Part shown: piece after piece, positions 1-8,042 of the stretch
Numbering within the stretch: position 1 is the first letter of the stretch
Layout of the letters: every line of letters starts with the position of its first letter
NCBI GenBank assembly: GCA_016177265.1
Contig: JACOVP010000020.1
Span: forward strand, 1 to 41,238
Length of the DNA stretch: 41,238 bases
Origin: Candidatus Woesearchaeota archaeon
Lineage (GTDB): Archaea; Nanobdellota; Nanobdellia; SCGC-AAA011-G17; UBA489
Direction: 5' to 3'
Notes under the pieces: model-generated
Told to the model about the DNA's origin: nothing
What the model saw: only the letters and a program-made list of their open reading frames with translations
Databases searched by the model: none
Translations under genes and position numbers: made by a program

Positions 1-199
1 ATGTTTTTTCTTGATCCAATCTTTTGTTGGAGTCAAGAGTTTTTTCTACATCTGAAATACTATTACTGAGGTTTATAATAGCTGCAGAAAGAATATTTAA
101 CTCAAGTTCGTCTGAAAGATTAACTTCTTGAGCACCACCAAACGAACTAAAGATTATTGATACTAGGAAAAAAATTAAACAGATCTGTTTGTTTTCCAT
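1..199 (-). CDS. hypothetical secreted protein, N-terminal part only (runs off window start)
   Basis: Own translation of the minus strand from ATG at 199: MENKQICLIFFLVSIIFSSFGGAQEVNLSDELELNILSAAIINLSNS..., open to position 1. Signal-peptide-like N-terminus. Starts 3 nt after the stop of ORF 203..397. Confidence 0.4.
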   Translation of the reverse strand, partial: MENKQICLIFFLVSIIFSSFGGAQEVNLSDELELNILSAAIINLSNSISDVEKTLDSNKRLDQEKT

Positions 200-202
200 G
201 AG

Positions 203-397
203 CTATCCATGTATAAACAATGATATCAAAGGCGACAAAATTGGGGTTAATACGACCGCAACCATTGTTGCTCCTATAATAGCTATAAAAACTCCAAATC
301 TTCTAAGAAATGCCATCGCAATTAACCATATTCCTACAAAACTTATCGATAGCTGATTCCAAATTAAATTTAAAATTCCAGATATAATTTCAACCAT
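203..397 (-). CDS. small hydrophobic membrane protein (2 predicted TM helices), hypothetical
   Basis: 64-aa ORF, almost entirely hydrophobic (IWLIAMAF..., FIAIIGATMVAVVLTPIL). Tightly followed by the next minus-strand ORF. Confidence 0.4.
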   Translation of the reverse strand: MVEIISGILNLIWNQLSISFVGIWLIAMAFLRRFGVFIAIIGATMVAVVLTPILSPLISLFIHG

Positions 398-694
398 AGT
401 ATTTAATCCTCCTCATTATTAATTCCCTCAGAAATAGTATATATCTGAGAGGTCATGCCTCTTTTTTCTCTAATTTGTTATTTCTTTATATTTTAAAACT
501 TTTCTATGGCTTAGTGGCAAAATTAACCAAGAAAATAAAATAAAAAGTTATAATTATCTCTTAAAACTTTTTAGCTAGCAATACTATTACAATCTTCAAG
601 CAAAACCTAAAACTTATATCTGTCGTAGACATCTAAGAAAAGCGTAAAATCAATAGAAAACTTTATACATCATAAGCTATAACAAAAGTATAAC

Positions 695-796
695 ATGAAA
701 ACCATTATCCATATGAGGAAAGTAAGAAGTTCCTTTGGTATATTGAGAGGCATGCGTTCATTCACAAAAGAGGACGAATTCGAAACACATGCCTAA
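695..796 (+). CDS. 33-aa small ORF (MKTIIHMRKVRSSFGILRGMRSFTKEDEFETHA), hypothetical
   Basis: Below the ORF-track size cutoff. ATG lies 25 nt downstream of a TTTATACA box (662..669), the same spacing seen at other first genes in this window. Confidence 0.25.
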   Translation: MKTIIHMRKVRSSFGILRGMRSFTKEDEFETHA

Positions 797-847
797 GTGT
801 GTTCTAGACTCATTATAAGATTGTGTTGTCCAAATACTATGAAATAA

Positions 848-1222
848 TTATTGCTTCTTATAGCCAAAGATAGAATCATATCGCGGATGGTCGCATATTT
901 CGAAAACTACAACAATAACACTTAGTTCATCACCAGCGACATAATAGAGCAATCTCCAGAATTGGGACAGCTCCATGCGAAATAAATTAGGTAACTGCTT
1001 GAATTCTTTAGGCCATAAATGGTGTTGTACAGGATGTCCAGCAAAAGGATTTGTTTTAAGGAGATCCAAGGCATGTGTAATGCTTTTCAGAAGTTGTTTG
1101 TCTGCTTTGGCAGGAGTTTTTCCCTGTGCTTCAAGAGTATGAATCTGTGTTTCAAGTTGAGCAAGGGCAGTTTCTGCAGCACCTATAACTTTGACAATTT
1201 TTTGTTTGTCTTTTAAGTCCAT
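848..1222 (-). CDS. RelE/ParE-superfamily toxin-like protein with about 60-aa N-terminal helical extension
   Basis: C-terminal half resembles the ParE/RelE pattern: LLKTNPFAGHPV...LFRMELSQFWRLLYYVAGDELSVIVVVFEICDHPRYD. Overlaps the upstream wHTH ORF by 10 nt. Confidence 0.5.
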   Translation of the reverse strand: MDLKDKQKIVKVIGAAETALAQLETQIHTLEAQGKTPAKADKQLLKSITHALDLLKTNPFAGHPVQHHLWPKEFKQLPNLFRMELSQFWRLLYYVAGDELSVIVVVFEICDHPRYDSIFGYKKQ

Positions 1223-1500
1223 GTTCTTCCTTTGCTGAGAATTGCTGCTCTATCTTCTTTTGGTAGAAATATCCAAACAACACCATAGGGAGTAAATTCT
1301 ATTTTGCCGCTGTTCTGAAGATAAGCAAGTATGACTTTCAGAGTATTGTGATTGACCTTTCTTGGGAGTCTTCGTTTAAGTTCCGCAATGCTAAGGACTT
1401 CCTTTGCTTCTCGCAGAGTATCCTCTACCATTTGTACAGTTTCCAAAGTTGGGCTATGGAGGAGTTTTGGGCGAACAAGGAGTTGAGGCATAGTTATCAA
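1213..1500 (-). CDS. small winged-helix DNA-binding protein (possible antitoxin/regulator partner of 848..1222)
   Basis: 95 aa. SIAELKRRLPRKVNHNTLKVILAYLQNSGKIEF looks like wHTH. Overlap suggests translational coupling to the RelE-like ORF. Confidence 0.5.
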   Translation of the reverse strand: MITMPQLLVRPKLLHSPTLETVQMVEDTLREAKEVLSIAELKRRLPRKVNHNTLKVILAYLQNSGKIEFTPYGVVWIFLPKEDRAAILSKGRTWT

Positions 1501-1582
1501 TAAATATCAAATAGATACATATATATAAACCTTTCTATCTTAGGAGTTTGCATACTAAAGCAAGTAATCTGTTAAGTTTAGA

Positions 1583-2401
1583 TTATAAATCATCGAATGG
1601 ACTTTTAATCTTCTTCAGTTGCTCAGTGCTCACATGAAGATATCTTTCGCTCGTTGAGATTGAGGCGTGCCCGAGGAGCTGCTGTATATAGCGTATATCA
1701 GTTCCAGCCTCCAGCAAATGTGTCGCAAAACTGCTGCGTAAGGCATGACAAAAGACACGTTTCTTGATCTCTGCTTCCTTTGCAGCATCATTCACAATCC
1801 GTTGTGCCATCCTTACTGACATTGGTTTTCCGCCATGGCCAGTAAATATATAGTCTGACTGATACTTTCTTTTTTCTAAATAGAGTTGTAAATTCTGAAT
1901 CAATTGTTGTGACAAGATAATATGCCTGTCCTTTTTTCCTTTTCCACTTATGACTCTTCCCATCCTCTCGCTAAAATCCAAATCATTGACTTTCAATCGC
2001 ATGCATTCAGACACGCGCAACCCAGAAGCATACAAAAATTCTATTAAGAGTTTATGTTTAGGATTTTTCACAACAGCTAACATTTTTTTTATTTCATCCT
2101 TAGTCAACACCGTCGGTAATTTCTTCTCTATCTTTGGTGGTTTGATGTCCAAAAATACTTTTTTCTTTAACATGGTTTCATACAAAAAACGGAGTGCAGA
2201 AAGCGTTAAGTTGACAGATGCAGGTTTCAATTTCTTTTCTGCCATCAAGTGTGCTAAATACTGTTTAATATCTGTTTCAGTGATAGTTGCTGGTTCTTTT
2301 TTAGTAAACTCGAGAAATCTTTTGTTATGGATGGTATATGCCTGAATAGTCGCAGGCGTAAATCCCCTAATCTTTAACTCTGTCTCTAGCTGTTGGAGCA
2401 T
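1583..2401 (-). CDS. xerA: tyrosine recombinase, XerA/XerC/XerD-like
   Basis: 272 aa. N-terminal SAM-like core-binding domain. C-terminal catalytic signature SGLRVSE..., HALRSSFATHLLEAGTDIRYIQQLLGHASISTSERYLHV (R..HxxR..H..Y). GGTGA Shine-Dalgarno directly upstream of the ATG. Confidence 0.85.
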   Translation of the reverse strand: MLQQLETELKIRGFTPATIQAYTIHNKRFLEFTKKEPATITETDIKQYLAHLMAEKKLKPASVNLTLSALRFLYETMLKKKVFLDIKPPKIEKKLPTVLTKDEIKKMLAVVKNPKHKLLIEFLYASGLRVSECMRLKVNDLDFSERMGRVISGKGKKDRHIILSQQLIQNLQLYLEKRKYQSDYIFTGHGGKPMSVRMAQRIVNDAAKEAEIKKRVFCHALRSSFATHLLEAGTDIRYIQQLLGHASISTSERYLHVSTEQLKKIKSPFDDL

Positions 2402-2455
2402 TACTCACCTCTTGTTAGTTTGAAAGAAAAAAGACTTTATAAAAGTTCGTATAAT

Positions 2456-2815
2456 TCACTGCAACTCTTTCAGCAACGTTTCCAAATCAGGTCGTATCAA
2501 AAGCTTTTTCCTAGTTCTTGGTGCCAGCGATGTTCCAGTAAAAAACTGCCAAACCATATATTTATCATCATGCAGGAAGTAGAGCCGTTGTCGCCGTTCA
2601 GCTACTAGGATGCATGAGCGAACAAGAAGCTCTAAAAGCAAAGGATCAATGCTGATAGCCTGCTGCATATCAAAGGCCAAATATCGTTTTTGTTGTTTTT
2701 TTGCTTCTCCTAGATATTTTTGTAGACTAGAGAGATCATCATATCCTACATGACGGTCAAAACGAAGCGCATACAACGAAGGAACTTCAGGCACATCGAT
2801 TTTCGTAATCGGCAT
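2456..2815 (-). CDS. hypothetical protein (119 aa)
   Basis: ATG 22 nt downstream of a minus-sense TTTATAAT box (2838..2845). No family recognised; faint STAS-like feel only. Confidence 0.5.
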   Translation of the reverse strand: MPITKIDVPEVPSLYALRFDRHVGYDDLSSLQKYLGEAKKQQKRYLAFDMQQAISIDPLLLELLVRSCILVAERRQRLYFLHDDKYMVWQFFTGTSLAPRTRKKLLIRPDLETLLKELQ

Positions 2816-2881
2816 AAAAAATGTACAAGAAAAAGAAATTATAAACCTTCCGTCAGAAAATCACTCTTAACTAAAGACAAA

Positions 2882-3583
2882 TTATCCGAAGTAGCTCTGC
2901 GTCTTTTGCTGATGGGTTTCCGTTGCATGCTTTGCTTTTGTTAATAAATCTTTGATTTTCTCTTCAAAGTCCTCTGCTTTTTCAAGCAAAGGTTTTACAT
3001 CTATCTTCAATCCTAAATAATCGTCCAAAACACGCATAATATTTGCTGCAGCTCTAGAGTCTGGTAACGCGCTGTGCGTCTCTGCAAAAATACAGTTGAT
3101 AGGAAAATCTTTATGCAGCAATAAAGCACCAGTCACACCCATAATGATACCTTCTTTTAACGGTTCCATCTGCTTGATACTTTTTAATTTTTTACTGTCT
3201 CCAAGGTAAAATGTTCTTGATTCCTCACTCTCCGGATTATTGCTCCCAACACCTTCCAAGCTAATAATTTCCTTCGCCTTCAAGTCTTTGGCCATCTGTA
3301 AAATATCTCTTGCTAGCTCCCATTCAAACCCAGCAACAGAAGTTAATGCATGCAGCACAACAAGATTTTCCCTTGATGAATAAAAGATACCTATTGGTTC
3401 AATCGCTTTGCCCTGATGCACTGGTACTACTGGCGGTACTTCTTCCATCCGGATATAGCCAATCTGCTGTGCATCCAAGTGCTTAATCAAAAATTCAGTC
3501 GTAATGGTGCCAACCAATCCAAACCCAGGAAATCCCTCTATGATGATCGGGCTTTTTGGCTTCTTGTGTAAAACAACCTGCAT
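2882..3583 (-). CDS. PAC2-family proteasome assembly chaperone-like protein
   Basis: PIIIEGFPGFGLVGTITTEFLIKHL N-terminal signature of the PAC2 family. Start moved to ATG 3583 (M36 of the track ORF) because a TATA box (3605..3612) lies 21 nt upstream and the longer N-terminus is Cys/Phe-rich junk. Confidence 0.75.
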   Translation of the reverse strand: MQVVLHKKPKSPIIIEGFPGFGLVGTITTEFLIKHLDAQQIGYIRMEEVPPVVPVHQGKAIEPIGIFYSSRENLVVLHALTSVAGFEWELARDILQMAKDLKAKEIISLEGVGSNNPESEESRTFYLGDSKKLKSIKQMEPLKEGIIMGVTGALLLHKDFPINCIFAETHSALPDSRAAANIMRVLDDYLGLKIDVKPLLEKAEDFEEKIKDLLTKAKHATETHQQKTQSYFG

Positions 3584-3748
3584 AGAATTGCAGACGTCCC
3601 ATACTTTATATAACTTTCGTAGAAAAAAAGAGGTAAGAGAAAAAAGAACCTCACCAAAATTGAAGCACTGTACCTTTCTGCACATCACAAGAGCATGGTG
3701 GCAAAAGTGTATTTTGTAACTTCTAAAAAGTAGTTATAAAGAGAAAGA

Positions 3749-3756
3749 TTTATATA
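3749..3756 (+). promoter_or_regulatory. TATA box
   Basis: TTTATATA, 23 nt upstream of ATG 3780, preceded by A-rich BRE-like gagaaaga. Confidence 0.5.
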
Positions 3757-3779
3757 CTCGCAAGAAAAGCGCCTACCAT

Positions 3780-4235
3780 ATGACTCAATACATAAGAAAA
3801 AGATTAATAAGGCCAGAAAACTATAGAAAAAGAATAATGGGCGAATCTGGTGAGAGTAAAGGTATCTTAATTGAGCAGCACAATCTCTTTAAAAGAGATG
3901 TCGAACTAGAAAAAAAGTTAGGTAACGCTTTCCTCGATGCATTCAAGAAAACGATTTCATTAGATCAGCTGTGTAAAGTTGCAGAAAAGATAAGAACAGA
4001 AGTTGTGCAACGAGACTCTCAAGGATGGGATGACAGATTCTCTTACTTATTGCTTAAAGATGCTATAGAAGAGCTCGACACCTTCCACGACGACTTTACG
4101 AGGCAGGAATATGAACAGCACCCAGAAGATCTCTTGTCTTATGCACAAAAATTGCTAGGTCAAGAAACAGCCACATTTTTCATCGCTCTTCCGCAGCGAA
4201 TACGAGTAGGCATTAGTTACCTTAAAGAAGAATAA
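3780..4235 (+). CDS. hypothetical protein (151 aa)
   Basis: ORF with TTTATATA box (3749..3756) 23 nt upstream of the ATG. No recognisable motif. Confidence 0.55.
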   Translation: MTQYIRKRLIRPENYRKRIMGESGESKGILIEQHNLFKRDVELEKKLGNAFLDAFKKTISLDQLCKVAEKIRTEVVQRDSQGWDDRFSYLLLKDAIEELDTFHDDFTRQEYEQHPEDLLSYAQKLLGQETATFFIALPQRIRVGISYLKEE

Positions 4236-4238
4236 TAA

Positions 4239-4940
4239 TTATTTCTGATGAAATATTCTCTTTCTGTAAAAATATATAAAAATCAAGCAAAGGACAAGGA
4301 AGAGGAGAGCCAAAATTGTAGAATTGCTAACTATCTCAGCTGCAGCATAACCAACACCACCTTTCTGTTGAAACCACACGAGTAAAAAGAGAAAGCCGAT
4401 GAAGAAAATGAGGATGATACTAATTGTCTTCTGATCCCCAGCTACTTCCCTTCTTTTCTGATATTCGTACATCTTCTTAATTTCCCAATGTCTGTGTAAG
4501 ACATGACTTCCTAGAGGAGGATAAGCTCCACCTTCATATCGTTCAGAAATTCTTCCTTCCAAGCGTTTTCTCTGCCATTTCCCACCAGTTTTCTCATACA
4601 GTTTTTCTCCATACTCACTTGAACCCCTTACAAGTTCGTGTGTTTTTCCAATAAATCCTTTCTCAAACAGATCTTCAGCTTTTGATCGAGAAAGATATTT
4701 CTTTCCTTCAAGATATTGAGCAGGCCCCCAGAATCTGACGATAGAAGTAGCATGAGGATGATGTTCACTTGTTCCATATCGAGGCTCTTGATGCCATAAT
4801 TCTACCCATTCACCTTTCTCTACCTTTTCATTTGATTCGAGATAAATCTTAACAGCTTCTTCTCTTGGTGCTCCGGCCACAATAGCATTTCTTACCTCTT
4901 CACTTTCACTGATAATTGCTTCTAGTTTCTTTTTATCCAC
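4239..4940 (-). CDS. hypothetical membrane protein (soluble N-domain plus 2 C-terminal TM helices)
   Basis: 233-aa ORF, GTG start. C-terminal hydrophobic stretches ISIILIFFIGFLFLLVWF and ILALLFLVLCLIFIYFY. Confidence 0.55.
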   Translation of the reverse strand: MDKKKLEAIISESEEVRNAIVAGAPREEAVKIYLESNEKVEKGEWVELWHQEPRYGTSEHHPHATSIVRFWGPAQYLEGKKYLSRSKAEDLFEKGFIGKTHELVRGSSEYGEKLYEKTGGKWQRKRLEGRISERYEGGAYPPLGSHVLHRHWEIKKMYEYQKRREVAGDQKTISIILIFFIGFLFLLVWFQQKGGVGYAAAEIVSNSTILALLFLVLCLIFIYFYRKRIFHQK

Positions 4941-4991
4941 AACCCAACTAGGGAAACTACACTTAATAAAATTTATTATGAAGAAAAAGAC

Positions 4992-4998
4992 TTTTAAA
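4992..4998 (+). promoter_or_regulatory. TATA-like box for tRNA-Lys
   Basis: TTTTAAA, 24 nt upstream of the tRNA 5' end. Confidence 0.4.
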
Positions 4999-5022
4999 CT
5001 CCTTTCCTGTCAAACACTTTAC

Positions 5023-5116
5023 GGGTCCATAGCTCAGGCTGGTAGAGCACTTGTCATCAAGAAGATGGGTGAAGCTCTTAACCAAGGGGTCGTGGGTTCA
5101 AATCCCACTGGATCCG
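5023..5116 (+). tRNA. tRNA-Lys (anticodon CUU) with a 20-nt intron at non-canonical position 30/31
   Basis: Hand-folded cloverleaf. Acceptor GGGTCCA/TGGATCC, D-arm GCTC-AGGCTGGTA-GAGC, T-arm GTGGG-TTCAAAT-CCCAC, variable loop GGGTC, discriminator G. After removing 5054..5073 the anticodon arm is CTTGG-CTCTTAA-CCAAG (anticodon CTT at 5077..5079). No encoded CCA. TTTTAAA box 24 nt upstream. Confidence 0.85.
5054..5073 (+). other. tRNA intron (BHB-type)
   Basis: hBHBh' fold. Outer helix 5044-5047/5075-5078 (AGAG/CTCT). Central 4-bp helix 5048-5051/5068-5071 (CACT/GGTG, one G-U). 3-nt bulges 5052-5054 and 5072-5074. Inner helix 5055-5058/5064-5067 (CATC/GATG). Both splice sites fall after the 2nd bulge nucleotide. 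Confidence 0.8.
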
Positions 5117-5119
5117 CTC

Positions 5120-5524
5120 ATGCTCATGGAATCACTTGATGATTGGTTGCAGTATCTAAGAGAAAATAAAAAGTGCATCGTGGTGGAAGGGAAAAGCGAT
5201 CGAGAGGCATTAATGTCTTTGGGGATAACAACCATTCTGACTATTGCACAAAAACCATTCTATCAAGTTGCAGAATCCATCAAAGAAAAAAAAATTTGCA
5301 TCCTCACCGATCTTGACGCTGAAGGGAAAAAATTATTTGCTAAGATAAACCGCTATTGCCAGCAGCATGGTATACGAGTGGACAACACACCACGAGCATT
5401 TCTCTTCAAGCACACAACGCTCACGCAAATAGAAGGTCTCCCGCATTATTTACTGGCGCAACACGGTAAACATCGAGTCAAAGATGTTATCTTCGATGCA
5501 GCACGTGTGGAACGTGGCACCTAA
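5120..5524 (+). CDS. small Toprim-domain protein (RNase M5/primase-like fold)
   Basis: CIVVEGKSDREAL...ICILTDLDAEGKKL gives the Toprim E ... DxD motifs. Start set to ATG 5120, because the track ORF start (TTG 5051) lies inside the tRNA. Confidence 0.7.
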   Translation: MLMESLDDWLQYLRENKKCIVVEGKSDREALMSLGITTILTIAQKPFYQVAESIKEKKICILTDLDAEGKKLFAKINRYCQQHGIRVDNTPRAFLFKHTTLTQIEGLPHYLLAQHGKHRVKDVIFDAARVERGT

Positions 5525-6304
5525 GCCCTCTGCTAGGCGTTTCAATCGTAAGTTGTGGTCTTGCAGCTTTGACAGGTAATTCTTCCGCAGGAAAGGGCTA
5601 ATATACGTGCGCAAAGTGCTGTGTGTTTCACTGTCTTTCAGGTTAAACTCACCGCTTAAATCCAGACTTAATTCAACTTCATCTAATACCTGGATCAGTT
5701 TGATAGTATTATTCTTAAACCCAAACAAAGCACGTTTGACTTGCTCAGGTTCATAGAGGAAATCAGAAATGATAACAATCATCGATCTCGAGTCAATGAA
5801 TTTTGCATAGTTCATAAGAGATTCTTCAAATTTGGATTCTCCTGCTGGTTGTTTCGTCCGCAAGTAATCAAGAATGGTCACTAATTGCCGTTTTCCTCGT
5901 CTTGGTTTGAAGCGATCCAGTTTGTCAGAAAACGTTGATAAGACAAAACGCTCATTATTTTTCAAAGCCATGTATGCAAACCCAATGCCAAGCATAGCAG
6001 CATATTCATGCTTCTTCGTTTGATCGCTGCCAAAGTTCATGCTGTTGCTAAAATCAAGAATAATATGCACGGTTAAATTGCGTTCTTCTTCTCTCCGTTT
6101 GATATGGAGCCTGTCTGTCCTTCCGTACACTTTCCAGTCAATCGATCGGTAATCGTCGCCAGGAGCATACAGCCTGTGGTCCTTGAAAATCAATCCTTGT
6201 CCGCCGTGCATACTTTCCCGTTGCCCGATGTAGTTTGATGCCACCCGTTTATTGATAATCAAGCTTAGGCGATGCAGATGGCGTAAGAAATCAGTCTCGA
6301 TCAT
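5450..6304 (-). CDS. DUF58-family protein (vWA-like, MoxR-associated)
   Basis: DYRSIDWKVYGRTDRLHIKRREEERNLTVHIILDFSNSM is the characteristic DUF58 core. 4-nt overlap with the upstream MoxR gene. Confidence 0.85.
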   Translation of the reverse strand: MIETDFLRHLHRLSLIINKRVASNYIGQRESMHGGQGLIFKDHRLYAPGDDYRSIDWKVYGRTDRLHIKRREEERNLTVHIILDFSNSMNFGSDQTKKHEYAAMLGIGFAYMALKNNERFVLSTFSDKLDRFKPRRGKRQLVTILDYLRTKQPAGESKFEESLMNYAKFIDSRSMIVIISDFLYEPEQVKRALFGFKNNTIKLIQVLDEVELSLDLSGEFNLKDSETHSTLRTYISPFLRKNYLSKLQDHNLRLKRLAEGLGATFHTCCIEDNIFDSMFTVLRQ

Positions 6305-7245
6305 TTTAGCAGATAACCAATGACATCGTCCTCATCAAAATTATTCCGCTCAGCTTCAAAGTTTAAGATAATGCGATGCCTCAAGATGGGATACACCATC
6401 TCCTTAACATCATTCTTAGTCACATAATTTCTGCCATCCAGCAAGGCATTCGCTTTCGCTGCCAAAATCAAGCCAATAGATGCTCGTGGTGACGCTCCAT
6501 ATTCAATTAATTCTTTGCGTTCTCTGGTTTTCTTGACAATTTCCACGGCATACTTGCGGACATCTTGAGCAATGGGGATCTGTCGCACCAGTTCTTGTAG
6601 TTTGAAAATAGCTTCTTTCTTCAGCAGAGGTTTTAGGTCTGGCATTTTTTGATCAAACTCCGTATATCTCGTCACGATCTCTACTTCTTCGTTGAAGTTA
6701 GGATAGTCTGTTTTAACTTTAAACAAGAAACGATCACTCTGCGCTTCAGGCAGTAAATAAACTCCTTCTTGCTCAATAGGATTTTGTGTTGCCAGGACAA
6801 AAAACGGTTTTTCCAGTTTGTAGGTATGGTTGCCTACAGTTACCTGTCGTTCCTGCATAGCCTCTAAGAGTGCAGATTGCGTCTTTGGTGTTGCCCTATT
6901 AATCTCATCCATCAGCACGACGTTCGCAAACACAGGGCCAGGTTGAAACTTGAATTCTCTGCTACCCTTCCCATCTTCCAGCACATACGTTCCAGTAATG
7001 TCCGAGGGCATCAAATCAGGCGTGCCTTGGATACGAGAGAACTTCAGATCCATCAGCTTTGCTAACGTGCTCACCGTCAAGGTCTTTGCTAACCCCGGAT
7101 ATCCCTCGAGAAGTGCATTGCTGTCCGTCAAGATGGCAATAATAATCTGTTTCACAACATGTCTTTGCCCGACAACAACCTTGCCAACCTCATTGAAAAT
7201 AACTTCAAATGCTTCTTTTGCTTTCTGGATGGATTCAGTGGTCAT
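6301..7245 (-). CDS. MoxR-family AAA+ ATPase
   Basis: LLEGYPGLAKT (Walker A-like), VLMDEINRATPKTQSALLEAMQE (Walker B/sensor), ATQNPIEQEG, ASPRASI. Typical about 310-aa MoxR length. Confidence 0.9.
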   Translation of the reverse strand: MTTESIQKAKEAFEVIFNEVGKVVVGQRHVVKQIIIAILTDSNALLEGYPGLAKTLTVSTLAKLMDLKFSRIQGTPDLMPSDITGTYVLEDGKGSREFKFQPGPVFANVVLMDEINRATPKTQSALLEAMQERQVTVGNHTYKLEKPFFVLATQNPIEQEGVYLLPEAQSDRFLFKVKTDYPNFNEEVEIVTRYTEFDQKMPDLKPLLKKEAIFKLQELVRQIPIAQDVRKYAVEIVKKTRERKELIEYGASPRASIGLILAAKANALLDGRNYVTKNDVKEMVYPILRHRIILNFEAERNNFDEDDVIGYLLK

Positions 7246-8033
7246 GGCTCATTAATGCTCCTGAAATAGTTGCTGACAATCTGTTTGTCTTCGTCATTAA
7301 TCTTTTCTTTGGAGGTTTCACTGCCAAGAGCTTCACGATTGCCCTCGCCTGCTGTTGTTCCTTTAAATGTTTTTCCTTCTTTCTCGCGATTATAGTTTTT
7401 CACATCAACCAGCCCCAGCATTTGATTGAGCTCAATAAGCTCCTCCTTGCCGCCATACTTGATCTGCTCCTCTTCCCCATAGAGATCTTCAGTTGTTTCT
7501 TCACCAAAAAAGGAAACCTCTGTCAAATTTGCTGCCTTAGCAAAAAAGCCAGTCACTGGTGAGATGCCATCCTGAAGCGCAGGAAGAACGTTGTCAAAAT
7601 GGATGCTGTTGAGAGAAAAGAACACCACAAGGAAGCACAGCCCAAAAAGAGCCGTAATCTTGGAAACCGCCTGTTTTTTGTTCATGATTTTAGCAGCACT
7701 CACTTGCTGGAGCCGTTCAAGCACATCGTGATGCAAGTCAACTGCCAGCTCATCGTCACGGTCAACATTGTCAGCAGATGTTCGCAAGCGCCATTCAAGA
7801 TCCGGGACTTTCTTCTCGACATCGTAGTAGCCAACGTTCTTCATACCTCGATAGGTGTTCAACGTCAAAAAAGCAAGGAAAGGAACTAAAGCGTAAATCC
7901 AGGGGAGCTTGAAGAAAAAGAAGAGCAGAGTAAACAGCAGAAGGATCAGTAAAGAGTTGATGAAGCTATTAAAGAAGCTCACAAAAAAGAGGATCTGCTT
8001 CACTTGCCGCAATGCATGCTTAATAATATCCAT
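7242..8033 (-). CDS. membrane protein of the MoxR/vWA operon, hypothetical
   Basis: 263 aa, 3 hydrophobic segments, acidic/lysine-rich tail. ATGA overlap with the moxR start. Confidence 0.6.
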   Translation of the reverse strand: MDIIKHALRQVKQILFFVSFFNSFINSLLILLLFTLLFFFFKLPWIYALVPFLAFLTLNTYRGMKNVGYYDVEKKVPDLEWRLRTSADNVDRDDELAVDLHHDVLERLQQVSAAKIMNKKQAVSKITALFGLCFLVVFFSLNSIHFDNVLPALQDGISPVTGFFAKAANLTEVSFFGEETTEDLYGEEEQIKYGGKEELIELNQMLGLVDVKNYNREKEGKTFKGTTAGEGNREALGSETSKEKINDEDKQIVSNYFRSINEP

Positions 8034-8042
8034 CGTCCATGC

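Noticed and set aside
1950-2345. Antisense or nested ORFs inside strong genes (e.g. 1950..2345, 6877..7255, 7209..7562, 9882..10115, 10205..10610, 12180..12608, 12669..12962, 17583..20610 minus set, 34997..36694 minus set)
   Set aside because: All are embedded in longer ORFs with clear family signatures on the other strand or frame. They have skewed low-complexity composition and lack their own promoter or RBS signals.
1583-5116. Integrated element using tRNA-Lys as attachment site, with the tyrosine recombinase as its integrase
   Set aside because: I found no second copy of the tRNA 3' segment. The recombinase has housekeeping XerA size and motifs. Between it and the tRNA lie a PAC2-family gene (housekeeping-type) and uncharacterised ORFs, with no viral or plasmid genes.
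5051-5119. N-terminal 23 codons of track ORF 5051..5524
   Set aside because: This stretch is the 3' two-thirds of the tRNA-Lys gene, including its intron, and starts with TTG. The Toprim domain begins after ATG 5120.
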